A stretch of DNA of 64,000 nucleotides from Candidatus Omnitrophota bacterium (lineage in GTDB: Bacteria; Omnitrophota; Gorgyraeia; Gygaellales; Profunditerraquicolaceae): assembly GCA_022710715.1 (NCBI GenBank), contig JAKLGJ010000004.1:192166-256165 (forward strand). Direction: 5' to 3'. Every line of letters starts with the position of its first letter. Positions within the stretch are counted from its first letter, which is position 1. The notes below the pieces were generated by a model. That model was not told where the DNA came from and did not search any database. It worked only from the letters and a program-made list of their open reading frames with translations. This document shows positions 30,779 to 39,955 of this stretch, one piece after another. Both the position numbers and the translations under genes were made by a program.

Positions 30779-30880
30779 ATGCCGTGCGGCCGTAAAAGGA
30801 AGTTAAAGAAGATCCGGACTCATAAGAGAAAAAAATTACGCCGTCAGCGTCGTCACCTGAAGAAGAGAGACTGGGGTTGA
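30779..30880 (+). CDS. 33 aa highly basic protein, candidate bS22-like (AURKAIP1/COX24-type) small ribosomal protein
   Basis: Not in the ORF track because it is under 60 aa. AGGAGG lies 8 nt upstream of the ATG. The product MPCGRKRKLKKIRTHKRKKLRRQRRHLKKRDWG matches the composition and length of mycobacterial bS22. Confidence 0.45.
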   Translation: MPCGRKRKLKKIRTHKRKKLRRQRRHLKKRDWG

Positions 30881-30927
30881 TCCTCTAGTCGTTAGGCGTC
30901 AGGTGGGGCATTGGCGAGAAATGAATC

Positions 30928-31905
30928 ATGATGTCCAGGGCACTGGTAAAGCTGGGTATTCTGTCTTTATTGGTTTACGTTGCCTTCTTGCTCAAAACGC
31001 AGGTAGATGCGCTTGATAAGAAGACACATTCTGCGCTCACCCATTATATCGTGGCTGCAACGTACGAAAAAATGGGCGATATTGACAAGGCGATCGCAGA
31101 ATATCAGCAAGCTTTAAAGATAGACTATAAGAATCCGGTTATTCATGTAAGCCTCGGGGCAGCGTATCTGAAAAAGCATGAGTTTCCCCGGGCCGTTGAG
31201 GAGCTTAACCTTGCGGTTAAGCTCGACCCCGAATCGGTCGAACCCCACGCTATACTCGCGCTTTTGTATTTTTCCCAAGAAAAGCTCACCGAAGCAGGAA
31301 AAGAATACGAGCTTGCCTTGAAGAAGGCTGCGGCGCTTGAGCCCCAGAATGTGTCCATCTATAAGAGCCTGGCTGCAGTCTACCTCCAGCAAAAAGATTA
31401 TCAGGCGGCGGAAAACACCTATCAATTGATCATTAAGCTTTCTCCGAATGACGCCGAAACCCATTTCTTCCTGGGCAATGTGTATGATCTGCAGCAGAAA
31501 TGGCCGGAGACGCAGCAGGAGCTTCAGAAAGCCATCGCTTTCAAGCCGGATTATCATGAAGCGTTGAATTATCTGGGATACCTGTATGTGGAAAAGGGCT
31601 TGAACCTCAACGATGCCGAACGGCTGATCAAGCGGGCGGTGGAGCTGGAGCCGGAGAACGGCGCGTATATCGACAGTCTGGGATGGTTGTATTATAAACA
31701 GGGAAAGTTCAAAGATGCGGTCAAGGAACTGGAACGAGCCGCTGCCCTGATCGATGATCCGGTGGTTCTGGATCATCTCGGCGATACCTATCTTAAACTC
31801 AAGGATATGAATAAAGCCAGGGCGAGCTGGGAGAAATCGCTGCAGCTTGATCCTGCGCAGGATACGGTCAAGAAAAAGATCGAAGAAACCCGTCTGCACC
31901 AGTAA
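30928..31905 (+). CDS. TPR-repeat lipoprotein/periplasmic protein
   Basis: N-terminal signal/anchor followed by multiple 34-aa TPR repeats. Confidence 0.75.
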   Translation: MMSRALVKLGILSLLVYVAFLLKTQVDALDKKTHSALTHYIVAATYEKMGDIDKAIAEYQQALKIDYKNPVIHVSLGAAYLKKHEFPRAVEELNLAVKLDPESVEPHAILALLYFSQEKLTEAGKEYELALKKAAALEPQNVSIYKSLAAVYLQQKDYQAAENTYQLIIKLSPNDAETHFFLGNVYDLQQKWPETQQELQKAIAFKPDYHEALNYLGYLYVEKGLNLNDAERLIKRAVELEPENGAYIDSLGWLYYKQGKFKDAVKELERAAALIDDPVVLDHLGDTYLKLKDMNKARASWEKSLQLDPAQDTVKKKIEETRLHQ

Positions 31906-31917
31906 GTTTCCGAACAT

Positions 31918-32739
31918 ATGGTCGCTACCGATAAAAACATTGAGGATCTCCGGGGAAAAGCCAGAAACATCCGCAAGCTGATCATCCAGATGCTGGGTAA
32001 AGCTTGTTCGGGCCATCCCGGCGGAAGCCTTTCTTCCGCCGACCTGATTACCGTGTTATATTACGCGGTGCTGCGTCATAATCCGGCTCAACCGCGCTGG
32101 CCGGACCGCGACCGGTTCCATATGTCCAAGGGGCATTGCTGCCCGCTCTGGTATGCGGTGCTGGCGGAAACCGGTTATTTTCCCAAAGAAAAATTATTAA
32201 CTCTGCGTCAACTGGGGTCGATGCTCCAGGGACATCCGGACCGCAGGACTCCGGGGGTTGACGTCGCTTCGGGTTCGCTGGGCCAGGGATTATCGGTGGC
32301 CGTAGGAATGAGCCTGGCTGCCCGCCTGGATACCAAAGACTACCGGGTGTATTGTCTGATGGGAGACGGGGAGACCCAGGAAGGAAATATCTGGGAAGCG
32401 GCCATGGCGGCAAGCCACTACAAATGCGATAATCTCTGCGGGATACTCGACTATAACGGATTCCAGATCGACGGAAAGACCTGCGACGTGATGAATATTG
32501 AGCCGGTAGCGGCAAAGTGGCAGGCATTCGGCTGGCACACGATCGAGATCGACGGGCATGATATACCCCGGATCCTGCAGGCCTACGCAGAGGCGCGCAC
32601 GGTGAAAGGAAAACCGTCGATCATTATTGCGCGCACCACTAAAGGCAAGGGCGTTTCGTTTATGGAGAACGTCTGCAGTTTCCACGGTGTCGCTCCCACC
32701 GCGCCGGAAACGGAAAAAGCCTTGAAGGAGCTGGCGTAG
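31918..32739 (+). CDS. tktA: Transketolase, N-terminal (TPP pyrophosphate-binding) subunit
   Basis: Split-transketolase N-terminal half with GDG...N TPP-binding motifs. Confidence 0.85.
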   Translation: MVATDKNIEDLRGKARNIRKLIIQMLGKACSGHPGGSLSSADLITVLYYAVLRHNPAQPRWPDRDRFHMSKGHCCPLWYAVLAETGYFPKEKLLTLRQLGSMLQGHPDRRTPGVDVASGSLGQGLSVAVGMSLAARLDTKDYRVYCLMGDGETQEGNIWEAAMAASHYKCDNLCGILDYNGFQIDGKTCDVMNIEPVAAKWQAFGWHTIEIDGHDIPRILQAYAEARTVKGKPSIIIARTTKGKGVSFMENVCSFHGVAPTAPETEKALKELA

Positions 32740-32742
32740 CTT

Positions 32743-33678
32743 ATGGCGGAACTACTGTATCAGCGCGATGTATACGGCAAGACCCTGGTAGAACTGGGAA
32801 AACTCAACTGCGATGTCGTGGTAATGGATGCGGATCTGTCCAGTTCCACCCGCACCGGTCTTTTTGCCAAAGAATTCCCGCAGCGTTTTTTCAACGTCGG
32901 GGTGGCGGAACAGAACATGATGGCGATTTCCGTCGGTCTGGCCAGCTGCGGGAAGACCGTGTTCGTTTCCACGTTCGCCATGTTTGCCACCGGACGCGCC
33001 TGGGACCAGGTGCGCAACGGCGTGGCCTACAATAATTTCGACGTCAAAATCGTAGCCACGCATGCGGGGGTCAGCGTGGGGCCGGATGGCGCCAGCCACC
33101 AGGCTCTGGAAGACATTGCGCTCATGCGGGTGATTCCCAACATGACTATCGTCGTTCCCTGCGACGGACCGCAGACCAGGGAAGCGGTTCTGTGCGCGGC
33201 CAGGACCAAAGGGCCGTTTTACATCCGGTTGGGCCGGGCCAAGGTGCCGACCATCGAACAGAAAAAGGAATTTGTCCTGGGTGAAGCCCAGGTTCTCTGC
33301 GAAGGCAATGATGTCGCGATCGTTTCCTGCGGCACCATGGTAGTGGAAGCGCTGGCTGCGGTCGCCGAACTCGCCAAGCAGGGGATCAACGCCCGATTGT
33401 TGAACGTGCATACTATCCGTCCGCTGGATACGCAGGCTATTCGCGACGCGGCGAAATCCACTAAAGGCATCGTGGTTTGCGAAGAGCATTCCACCATAGG
33501 CGGTCTGGCTTCAAGCATCGATGAAGTGGTTTCAGAATCTCATCCCACCACGGTACTGCGCGTCGGTATCAAAAGCAGATTTGGGCAATCCGGAGAGCCG
33601 GAGCAGCTTTTCAAAGAATATCATCTTACCAGCGCGGATATCGTCAAAGCTGCTTTGGCGATCGTCGCACATACCTGA
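32743..33678 (+). CDS. tktB: Transketolase, C-terminal (pyrimidine-binding) subunit
   Basis: Split-transketolase C-terminal half. Confidence 0.85.
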   Translation: MAELLYQRDVYGKTLVELGKLNCDVVVMDADLSSSTRTGLFAKEFPQRFFNVGVAEQNMMAISVGLASCGKTVFVSTFAMFATGRAWDQVRNGVAYNNFDVKIVATHAGVSVGPDGASHQALEDIALMRVIPNMTIVVPCDGPQTREAVLCAARTKGPFYIRLGRAKVPTIEQKKEFVLGEAQVLCEGNDVAIVSCGTMVVEALAAVAELAKQGINARLLNVHTIRPLDTQAIRDAAKSTKGIVVCEEHSTIGGLASSIDEVVSESHPTTVLRVGIKSRFGQSGEPEQLFKEYHLTSADIVKAALAIVAHT

Positions 33679-33702
33679 AAACAGCCAGCAGGGAAGGCAG
33701 AC

Positions 33703-34578
33703 GTGTTCAGTCTGAAAGCTTACGCCAAGGTTAATCTCCATCTGTTTGTGCGCAGCAAGCGTAAGGATGGTTTCCATTCTCTGGACACCCTTTTTGAACG
33801 GATAAGCCTGGCGGATACCGTTTCCTTTTCTTCCCGTAAAGACGGTCGTATAGTATTCACCTGCACCGATTCACGCTTGCCGGTAGATCAAGGCAATCTC
33901 GTTGTCCGCAGCGCTACCCTTCTGAAAGAACGGTTTAAAGTCAAGCAAGGCGCGACTCTGCGTTTGAGCAAGCGCGTTCCTCTGGGCAGCGGCATGGGCG
34001 GCGGTTCCAGCGACGCCGCAGCCACGCTCATGGGGTTGAACCGGCTTTGGAAACTGGGGCTTAGCCGGCATCAGCTTTGTCTTCTGGGAGCGCGCATCGG
34101 CAGCGATGTGCCGTTCTTCCTCTATAATTGCTCTTTTGCCAGGGGAACCGGCCGGGGAGAGCGGATCGCTCCGCTGGCGCTAAAAAGACGTATCTGTTTG
34201 TGGCACATAATCATTGTGCCCAGAATAAATGTTTCGACCCCTCTGATCTACCGGGAATGGGATAAGCAGGGGGCTTTTAGGTTGACAAAGCCCGGTTTTG
34301 ATGCTACTATTATGTGTTTGGCAGTAAAAAAGAACGACCTTGCTGGCATAGAACAATGCCTTTTCAACAGTTTAGAACCGGTAACCAGGAACCTGTATCC
34401 TGAAGTCGGCAGAATCAGAGAAAAGCTCTGTGGTTTAGGGCTGAAATTAATACTGATGTCCGGCAGCGGTCCGGCGGTTTTTGGTTTGACGCGCTCAAAA
34501 AAGGAGGCAGTTGCAGTTCGTAAGCAGCTCATGCTCGAAGAGAAAGCGTGGTGCGTCTTTGTCGCCCGGACGGTTTAA
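33703..34578 (+). CDS. ispE: 4-diphosphocytidyl-2-C-methyl-D-erythritol kinase
   Basis: GHMP kinase motif (PLGSGMGGGSSDAAA) and an AKVNLHL N-terminus. GTG start. Confidence 0.85.
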   Translation: MFSLKAYAKVNLHLFVRSKRKDGFHSLDTLFERISLADTVSFSSRKDGRIVFTCTDSRLPVDQGNLVVRSATLLKERFKVKQGATLRLSKRVPLGSGMGGGSSDAAATLMGLNRLWKLGLSRHQLCLLGARIGSDVPFFLYNCSFARGTGRGERIAPLALKRRICLWHIIIVPRINVSTPLIYREWDKQGAFRLTKPGFDATIMCLAVKKNDLAGIEQCLFNSLEPVTRNLYPEVGRIREKLCGLGLKLILMSGSGPAVFGLTRSKKEAVAVRKQLMLEEKAWCVFVARTV

Positions 34579-34598
34579 ATTCAGCAAGGAGGTTCAAC

Positions 34599-35003
34599 AT
34601 GGAAATTACCGAGGTGAGAGTTTTTTTAAAAGATTCTCCTGACAAAAAACTCAAGGCATATGCCACGGTTACTTTCGACAATGCCTTTGTGGTTAGAAAT
34701 ATTAAAGTCATACAGGGTTCGAACGGCATCTTTATCGCCATGCCTTCGCGTAAAGTCAAGCATCCCTGTCCCAAGTGCGGTTTTAAGAACGAATTGCGTT
34801 CAAAATATTGCAATCAATGCGGCGCTTCACTGCCTGTCCCGTTGCTGCCTGAGCAGGAATCCAATGCGCAGGCTGAACATAAAGACATCGCTCATCCTAT
34901 TACGCAGGCTTTTCGCGAAGTTCTGCAGAAGAAGGTTCTGGAAGCCTTTGAGCATGAAGTGAAGAGAGGGACTCCGCCGGTAGTTTCCGCAGAAGATATG
35001 TAG
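34599..35003 (+). CDS. spoVG: SpoVG family protein with an inserted CxxC...CxxC zinc ribbon
   Basis: Conserved SpoVG N-terminus (MEITEVRV...KLKAYATVTFDNAFVVRNIKV...NGIFIAMPSRK), then an approximately 40 aa insertion (CPKCG...CNQCG) before the conserved DIAHPI block. AAGGAGG RBS upstream. Confidence 0.8.
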   Translation: MEITEVRVFLKDSPDKKLKAYATVTFDNAFVVRNIKVIQGSNGIFIAMPSRKVKHPCPKCGFKNELRSKYCNQCGASLPVPLLPEQESNAQAEHKDIAHPITQAFREVLQKKVLEAFEHEVKRGTPPVVSAEDM

Positions 35004-35014
35004 CACCATTTACC

Positions 35015-35085
35015 TGCCCGGTAGTGTAATGGTAGCACATCAGAATTTGGGTCTGACTGTCAAGGTTCGAATCCTTGCCGGGCAA
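35015..35085 (+). tRNA. tRNA-Gln (anticodon UUG)
   Basis: Hand-folded cloverleaf: acceptor TGCCCGG/CCGGGCA, anticodon stem TCAGA/TCTGA, loop ATTTGGG, T arm CAAGG-TTCGAAT-CCTTG. 71 nt; CCA not encoded. Confidence 0.8.
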
Positions 35086-35124
35086 TAGTGACGTTTGATG
35101 AGCAAGAGCGCCGGGGTGGGAACG

Positions 35125-36081
35125 ATGAAAAAGAACGATATCGCGGCAATTATACTGGCAGCGGGAAAGGGCACCCGGATGAAATCGGAGGTGCCCAAAG
35201 TGCTGCATCAGGTGTGCGGCCGCCCTATGCTGGGATACGTGCTTGATCTGCTCAAAGGTTTGCGTATTCAGCGTTCGGCGGTAGTGCTGGGTCATAAAGC
35301 CGACCAGGTGCGCAGATTTCTTCCCGCCGGGACCAGAAGCGTGCTGCAGAAGAAGCTGATCGGCACCGCGGACGCAGTCAAAGAGGCCGTGCCGGCGCTG
35401 GGCGGTTTTTCCGGGATCACGGTGATTCTTTACGGCGATACGCCTCTGCTTAAGAAAGAAACCATTGCCCGGCTCATTCACCGGCATCGCCAGACCCGCG
35501 CCGCTGCCACCATACTGACCGCAAAACTGGAATCGCCGGCCGGCTATGGCAGGATCCTGCGCGATCATCTGGGCGCTATCTACGGCATCCAGGAAGAAAA
35601 GGACGCTGACGATTTCCAGAAAGATATCAAGGAGATCAATACCGGCTTTATCTGTTTCGATACGCGTTTGCTGAAAACGATGCTGCGCAGGGTGCGGCCC
35701 AACAACCGCAAAAAGGAATATTATCTGACCGACGTTATCGGCCTGCTGTACCGGGGCGGTTATTCCGTGGAAAACGTGCTTCTGGCCGATTTTAACGAAG
35801 CGCTGGGGGTTAATTCCCGGGTCGATCTGGCCCAGGCGCAGGAAGTGATGCAAAAGCGGATACTGCAGCGGTATATGCAGGATGGGATAACCATTATTGA
35901 TCCGGCTTCCACCTGCATCGATTACGGGGTTAAAATCGGCCGGGATTCCACAATATATCCCTTTACAGTTATCGAAAACGATGTTACAATTGGAAAACAG
36001 TGTTGTGTCGGACCCTTTGCCCATATCAAGAGGGGGGCCCGGATCAAAGATCGGATGAGTGTTGGTTTGGATACCGTTTGA
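35125..36081 (+). CDS. glmU: GlmU-like UDP-N-acetylglucosamine pyrophosphorylase with a truncated C-terminal left-handed beta-helix
   Basis: LAAGKGTRM nucleotidyltransferase motif. Only about 70 aa of hexapeptide repeats follow before the stop, and just 116 nt remain before prs, so the canonical acetyltransferase domain is mostly absent. Confidence 0.7.
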   Translation: MKKNDIAAIILAAGKGTRMKSEVPKVLHQVCGRPMLGYVLDLLKGLRIQRSAVVLGHKADQVRRFLPAGTRSVLQKKLIGTADAVKEAVPALGGFSGITVILYGDTPLLKKETIARLIHRHRQTRAAATILTAKLESPAGYGRILRDHLGAIYGIQEEKDADDFQKDIKEINTGFICFDTRLLKTMLRRVRPNNRKKEYYLTDVIGLLYRGGYSVENVLLADFNEALGVNSRVDLAQAQEVMQKRILQRYMQDGITIIDPASTCIDYGVKIGRDSTIYPFTVIENDVTIGKQCCVGPFAHIKRGARIKDRMSVGLDTV

Positions 36082-36197
36082 AGCAGCAGTGTCGTAGCAT
36101 TGTGGTATTCCCGCCCGCATTGTTTACTATAACCAAACTTCCTAATCAGCCCGAACTTTGCGTTTGAACTTTGAGCGCAGGAAAGGCCACCTACACG

Positions 36198-37136
36198 ATG
36201 AATAAATTGAAGATATTCAGCGGCAATGCCAACCTGGAGTTGGCGCAGAGCATTTGCAAGGTACTGGGGGTTACGCTGGGCGACGCGCTGGTAGGCAGAT
36301 TTTCCGAAGGCGAGATCCGGGTGAAGATCAATGATAACGTGCGCGGCAAAGACGTCTTCGTGATTCAGCCGACCTGCCCGCCGACCAACGAGAATCTCAT
36401 GGAATTGCTGGTAATGATGGATGCGTTAAGGCGCGCATCCGCGCAGCGCATTACCGCGGTTGTTCCTTATTTCGGCTATGCCCGGCAGGACCGCAAGGAT
36501 CAGCCGCGCGTGCCGATTACAGCGAAACTGGTGGCCAATCTTCTGACCGTCGCCGGCGCAAGCAGGGTTCTGACCATGGATCTGCACGCCGGACAGATCC
36601 AGGGATTTTTCGATATCCCGGTGGATCATCTGTTCGCGGTGAACGTTTTTATCGATTATTTCAACGAGATCAATACCAAGAACCTGGTTCTGGTCTCGCC
36701 GGATGTCGGCAGCATCAAAATGGCGCGTTCCTACGCCAAGCGTTTCGGCGCGGGGCTGGCGATCATCGACAAGCGGCGCGATTCCCCTGAAAAGACCGAA
36801 GTCATGCATATCATGGGCGAAGTCGAGGGCAAGCACGCCATTATCGTTGACGATCTCATCGCGACGGGCAGTTCGCTGATCGAAGCGGTGGAAGCGCTCA
36901 AGCGGGCGAAATGCAAGTCCGTGCGCGCCGCGATTTCGCACGGCGTATTGTGCGGCCCGGCCATCGAGCGTATCGAAGCGTGCAAAGATCTGGAGGAGTT
37001 GATCATCACCGACAGCATTCCGCTGGATGAGAAGAAGAAACATCCGCGGATCAAGGTATTATCTATCGCCAATCTTCTGGCGGAGGCGATTAACCGGATT
37101 CATAACGAAGAATCGATCAGTTGTTTATTCTATTAA
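36198..37136 (+). CDS. prs: Ribose-phosphate pyrophosphokinase
   Basis: PRPP synthetase motifs (DLHA, the PRPP-binding loop DDLIATGSS). Confidence 0.88.
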   Translation: MNKLKIFSGNANLELAQSICKVLGVTLGDALVGRFSEGEIRVKINDNVRGKDVFVIQPTCPPTNENLMELLVMMDALRRASAQRITAVVPYFGYARQDRKDQPRVPITAKLVANLLTVAGASRVLTMDLHAGQIQGFFDIPVDHLFAVNVFIDYFNEINTKNLVLVSPDVGSIKMARSYAKRFGAGLAIIDKRRDSPEKTEVMHIMGEVEGKHAIIVDDLIATGSSLIEAVEALKRAKCKSVRAAISHGVLCGPAIERIEACKDLEELIITDSIPLDEKKKHPRIKVLSIANLLAEAINRIHNEESISCLFY

Positions 37137-37169
37137 CCAGATGATAAGAAAAGAAACGGAGACAGTGAG

Positions 37170-37877
37170 ATGGAAGAAATAATTCTCGATGCAGAAATCC
37201 GGTCGGATACCGGGAAAAATAAAGCCAATGCTTTGAGGCATAAAGGGATTATCCCGGCAGTGGTCTATGGCGAAGGGAAAGCCGGCCTGGCGATCAGCGT
37301 TTTTCGCGGGCAGTTCCTCAAAACCATTCATCAGCACCACGTTGAGAACGCCATTATTACGCTCAAGATCAAAGATGATAAGAAGAAGGGCTCGCGGGCG
37401 TGCATGATGAGGGAAATTCAGCATGATCCGGTCAAAGGAGAGGTCCTGCATATAGATTTTAACGAGATTTCCCTGACCAAGGCGATCAAGGTCAAGGTTC
37501 CGGTAGAGCCCAAGGGCGAGGCGGTGGGTGTCAAGCAGGACGGCGGCTCCCTGGAACATATCCTCTGGGAAGTCGAGATCGAGTGTCTGCCTACCGAGAT
37601 CCCGCATAAATTCGAGGTGGATGTTTCTCCGCTGAAAATCGGGGATTCCATTCATGTCAAGGATATCGCTTTTCCTTCCACGGTAAAAGTTATCACCGAA
37701 ATGGATGCGATCGTTCTATCGGTTGCCGCTCCGATGAAGGAAGAAGTCGCTCCTGTTGTCGAGGGCGAAGAGAAAGTCGAGCCGGAAGTCCTCAAGGAGA
37801 AGAAACCGGAAGCAGCTGAAGGTGCCGCAGCCGAAGGAAAAGAGAAGGATAAGGAAAAAGATAAGGATAAGAAGTAA
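37170..37877 (+). CDS. rplY: 50S ribosomal protein L25 / general stress protein Ctc with Lys/Glu-rich C-terminal tail
   Basis: L25 N-terminal and Ctc beta-barrel domains plus a terminal KEKDKEKDKDKK tail. Confidence 0.85.
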   Translation: MEEIILDAEIRSDTGKNKANALRHKGIIPAVVYGEGKAGLAISVFRGQFLKTIHQHHVENAIITLKIKDDKKKGSRACMMREIQHDPVKGEVLHIDFNEISLTKAIKVKVPVEPKGEAVGVKQDGGSLEHILWEVEIECLPTEIPHKFEVDVSPLKIGDSIHVKDIAFPSTVKVITEMDAIVLSVAAPMKEEVAPVVEGEEKVEPEVLKEKKPEAAEGAAAEGKEKDKEKDKDKK

Positions 37878-37891
37878 TCTGCTCCGCATCG

Positions 37892-38458
37892 ATGAAGCTG
37901 GTAATCGGTTTAGGGAATCCCGGCAAAGAATACGCATCCACCCGGCACAATATCGGTTCTCTGGTGGTGGCTCAATGCGCCCGCGCGTGCGGCGTTACCC
38001 TGAAAAAGGAACGCTGGATTTCTGCGGTCTGCGGCAAAGCCAGGATCTGCGGCGAAGCAGCGCTCTTTGGTATTCCGTTGACGTATATGAATCTGTCCGG
38101 CCACGCGGTCGGCCCGCTGATCAAACGGTACAAGATTCCGTTGTCCGACCTGCTGGTTGTCTACGACGATCTTGACCTGGAGTTCGGGGCGCTGAAGATA
38201 AAATCCGGCGGCGCGTCCGGCGGCCATAACGGCATGAAATCCATTATCGCGGTTTTAGGCAGCGAGGAGTTCAGCCGGTTGCGTATCGGCATCGGCAGGC
38301 CCGCGCACGCAGGGGCGGATATAGCGGATTTTGTTCTGTCTCAATTCTCCCGCAAAGAGAAGGAGACAGTTGACGAAACGATCCAGACAGCTTGTAACGG
38401 TGTGCAGGCGTGGCTGGAACATGGTGTTGTGAAAAGTATGAATATGTTTAACCGGTGA
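37892..38458 (+). CDS. pth: Peptidyl-tRNA hydrolase
   Basis: GLGNPG and HNG motifs. Confidence 0.9.
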   Translation: MKLVIGLGNPGKEYASTRHNIGSLVVAQCARACGVTLKKERWISAVCGKARICGEAALFGIPLTYMNLSGHAVGPLIKRYKIPLSDLLVVYDDLDLEFGALKIKSGGASGGHNGMKSIIAVLGSEEFSRLRIGIGRPAHAGADIADFVLSQFSRKEKETVDETIQTACNGVQAWLEHGVVKSMNMFNR

Positions 38459-38466
38459 GGGAGAGT

Positions 38467-38757
38467 ATGCATAAGTATGAAGCAATGTTCATTGTGAAAC
38501 CCGATTTGTCGGAAGAGGACCGGAACGCGCTTTTTTCCGTGATCAAGGATACGGTTGCCAAAAACGGCGGAAAAATCGCCTCGGCCGATCTCTGGTCGGA
38601 ACGAAGACGGTTGACGTTCACCATTAAGAAGCAGCAGGAAGGCGTGTATTATCTGGTGCAGTTCAGCGCGCCATCCGAAGCGGTAACCAAATTGAAGTAT
38701 GCTTTCAAATTGAACGAACTCATCCTGCGGGTAATGATCCTGCGGGTTGACGAATAA
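38467..38757 (+). CDS. rpsF: 30S ribosomal protein S6
   Basis: YEAMFIV N-terminus. ATG at 38467 with a GAGGGAG RBS; the ORF-track start at 38455 is GTG. Confidence 0.85.
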   Translation: MHKYEAMFIVKPDLSEEDRNALFSVIKDTVAKNGGKIASADLWSERRRLTFTIKKQQEGVYYLVQFSAPSEAVTKLKYAFKLNELILRVMILRVDE

Positions 38758-38784
38758 GACGTTTCGCAAGACAGGAGGAAGCGC

Positions 38785-39231
38785 ATGGCCAGTTTTAATA
38801 AAGTTTTTCTGATGGGCAACCTGACTCGTGACCCGGAATTGCGCTATACCCCCAACGGGACTGCCGTGGTTAATCTGCGTCTCGCGGTCAACCGTAAATA
38901 TAAGGACAGGAATCAGGAAATGAAAGAGGAAGTCTGCTTCCTGACTGCCGTGGTGTGGAATAAACAGGCGGAAACCTGTAATCAGTACCTGCGCAAAGGC
39001 AGCGGTCTTTTTGTCGAAGGGAGACTTCAGTCCCGTTCGTGGGAAGACGCGGCTACCGGCAAGCAGCGCAGCGTGATCGAAGTCAGAGCGGAACGCGTGC
39101 AGTTTCTGGGCGGAGGGTCTGCGGCAGCAAAGAGCGGCCCCGCCGATATAGCGGAAGAACCATCTCAAGATGCATCGGCTGATGCAGAATGGTTAGAAGA
39201 AAGCGAGGAGAAGGTCCATGAGGATCAATAA
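38785..39231 (+). CDS. ssb: Single-stranded DNA-binding protein
   Basis: OB-fold N-terminus ([21 protein letters not shown]) and an acidic C-terminal tail. Confidence 0.88.
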   Translation: MASFNKVFLMGNLTRDPELRYTPNGTAVVNLRLAVNRKYKDRNQEMKEEVCFLTAVVWNKQAETCNQYLRKGSGLFVEGRLQSRSWEDAATGKQRSVIEVRAERVQFLGGGSAAAKSGPADIAEEPSQDASADAEWLEESEEKVHEDQ

Positions 39232-39478
39232 ACCGAGAAGAGGTCCGAGAAAATCGGGCATGTTTATGCAGGCGCGCAGAAAAGTCTGCAAGTTTTGCGT
39301 CGATAAGACTAAAACCATCGACTATAAAGATGCTAAACTGCTTGAGGGTTACATTAAAGAGCGCGGAAGAATCGTGTCTGCGCGTTTTTCGGGTAACTGC
39401 GCCAAGCATCAACGACAACTGACACGGGCGATCAAGAAAGCGCGTTTCATCGCGCTGGTTCCGTACGTCCGTATGTAA
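39218..39478 (+). CDS. rpsR: 30S ribosomal protein S18
   Basis: S18 motif (CKFC...IDYKD...). Part of the rpsF-ssb-rpsR-rplI block. Confidence 0.85.
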   Translation: MRINKPRRGPRKSGMFMQARRKVCKFCVDKTKTIDYKDAKLLEGYIKERGRIVSARFSGNCAKHQRQLTRAIKKARFIALVPYVRM

Positions 39479-39487
39479 GGGGGTAGC

Positions 39488-39934
39488 GTGATGGAAGTAA
39501 TCTTAACCCAGGATGTTGAAAATATCGGCAAAGCCGGTCAGATCATCAAAGCCAAAGACGGGTTTGTCCGCAATTACCTTTTTCCCAAGAAGCTCGCCCT
39601 TGCGGCGACCGCGGCAAACCGCAAACGCCTTGAGGATGAGCAGAAGCAGAAGAACCAGCAGTATGAGAAAATAAAGTCCGAAGCGATGGCCCTGAAAGAC
39701 CGGCTGGAAAAATTATCCCTGACCATCCCCGTGCTGGTTCAGGAAAAAGAAAAGCTCTACGGCAGCATCAGCGCGCAGGAGTTGTGCAAAGCTTTGAATG
39801 AAGAAGGATTTCAGATCGAAGAAAAAAGCATCCTGCTCGAGGAACCGATCAAAACGCTGGGCATCTATGAGGTGCCGGTAAAATTGCACGCTGAAGTGTC
39901 TTCCCAGGTGAAGGTCTGGATCGTCAAGAAATAA
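39488..39934 (+). CDS. rplI: 50S ribosomal protein L9
   Basis: L9 N-terminal MEVILTQDVENIGKAG motif. Confidence 0.88.
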   Translation: MMEVILTQDVENIGKAGQIIKAKDGFVRNYLFPKKLALAATAANRKRLEDEQKQKNQQYEKIKSEAMALKDRLEKLSLTIPVLVQEKEKLYGSISAQELCKALNEEGFQIEEKSILLEEPIKTLGIYEVPVKLHAEVSSQVKVWIVKK

Positions 39935-39955
39935 TCCATACGTTTATTCGCCGCG

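Noticed and set aside
36153-36176. Direct repeat GAACTTTG(CGTTT)GAACTTTG upstream of prs
   Set aside because: It is too short to distinguish from chance and no matching motif was seen elsewhere in the window. Noted only in connection with the glmU truncation.
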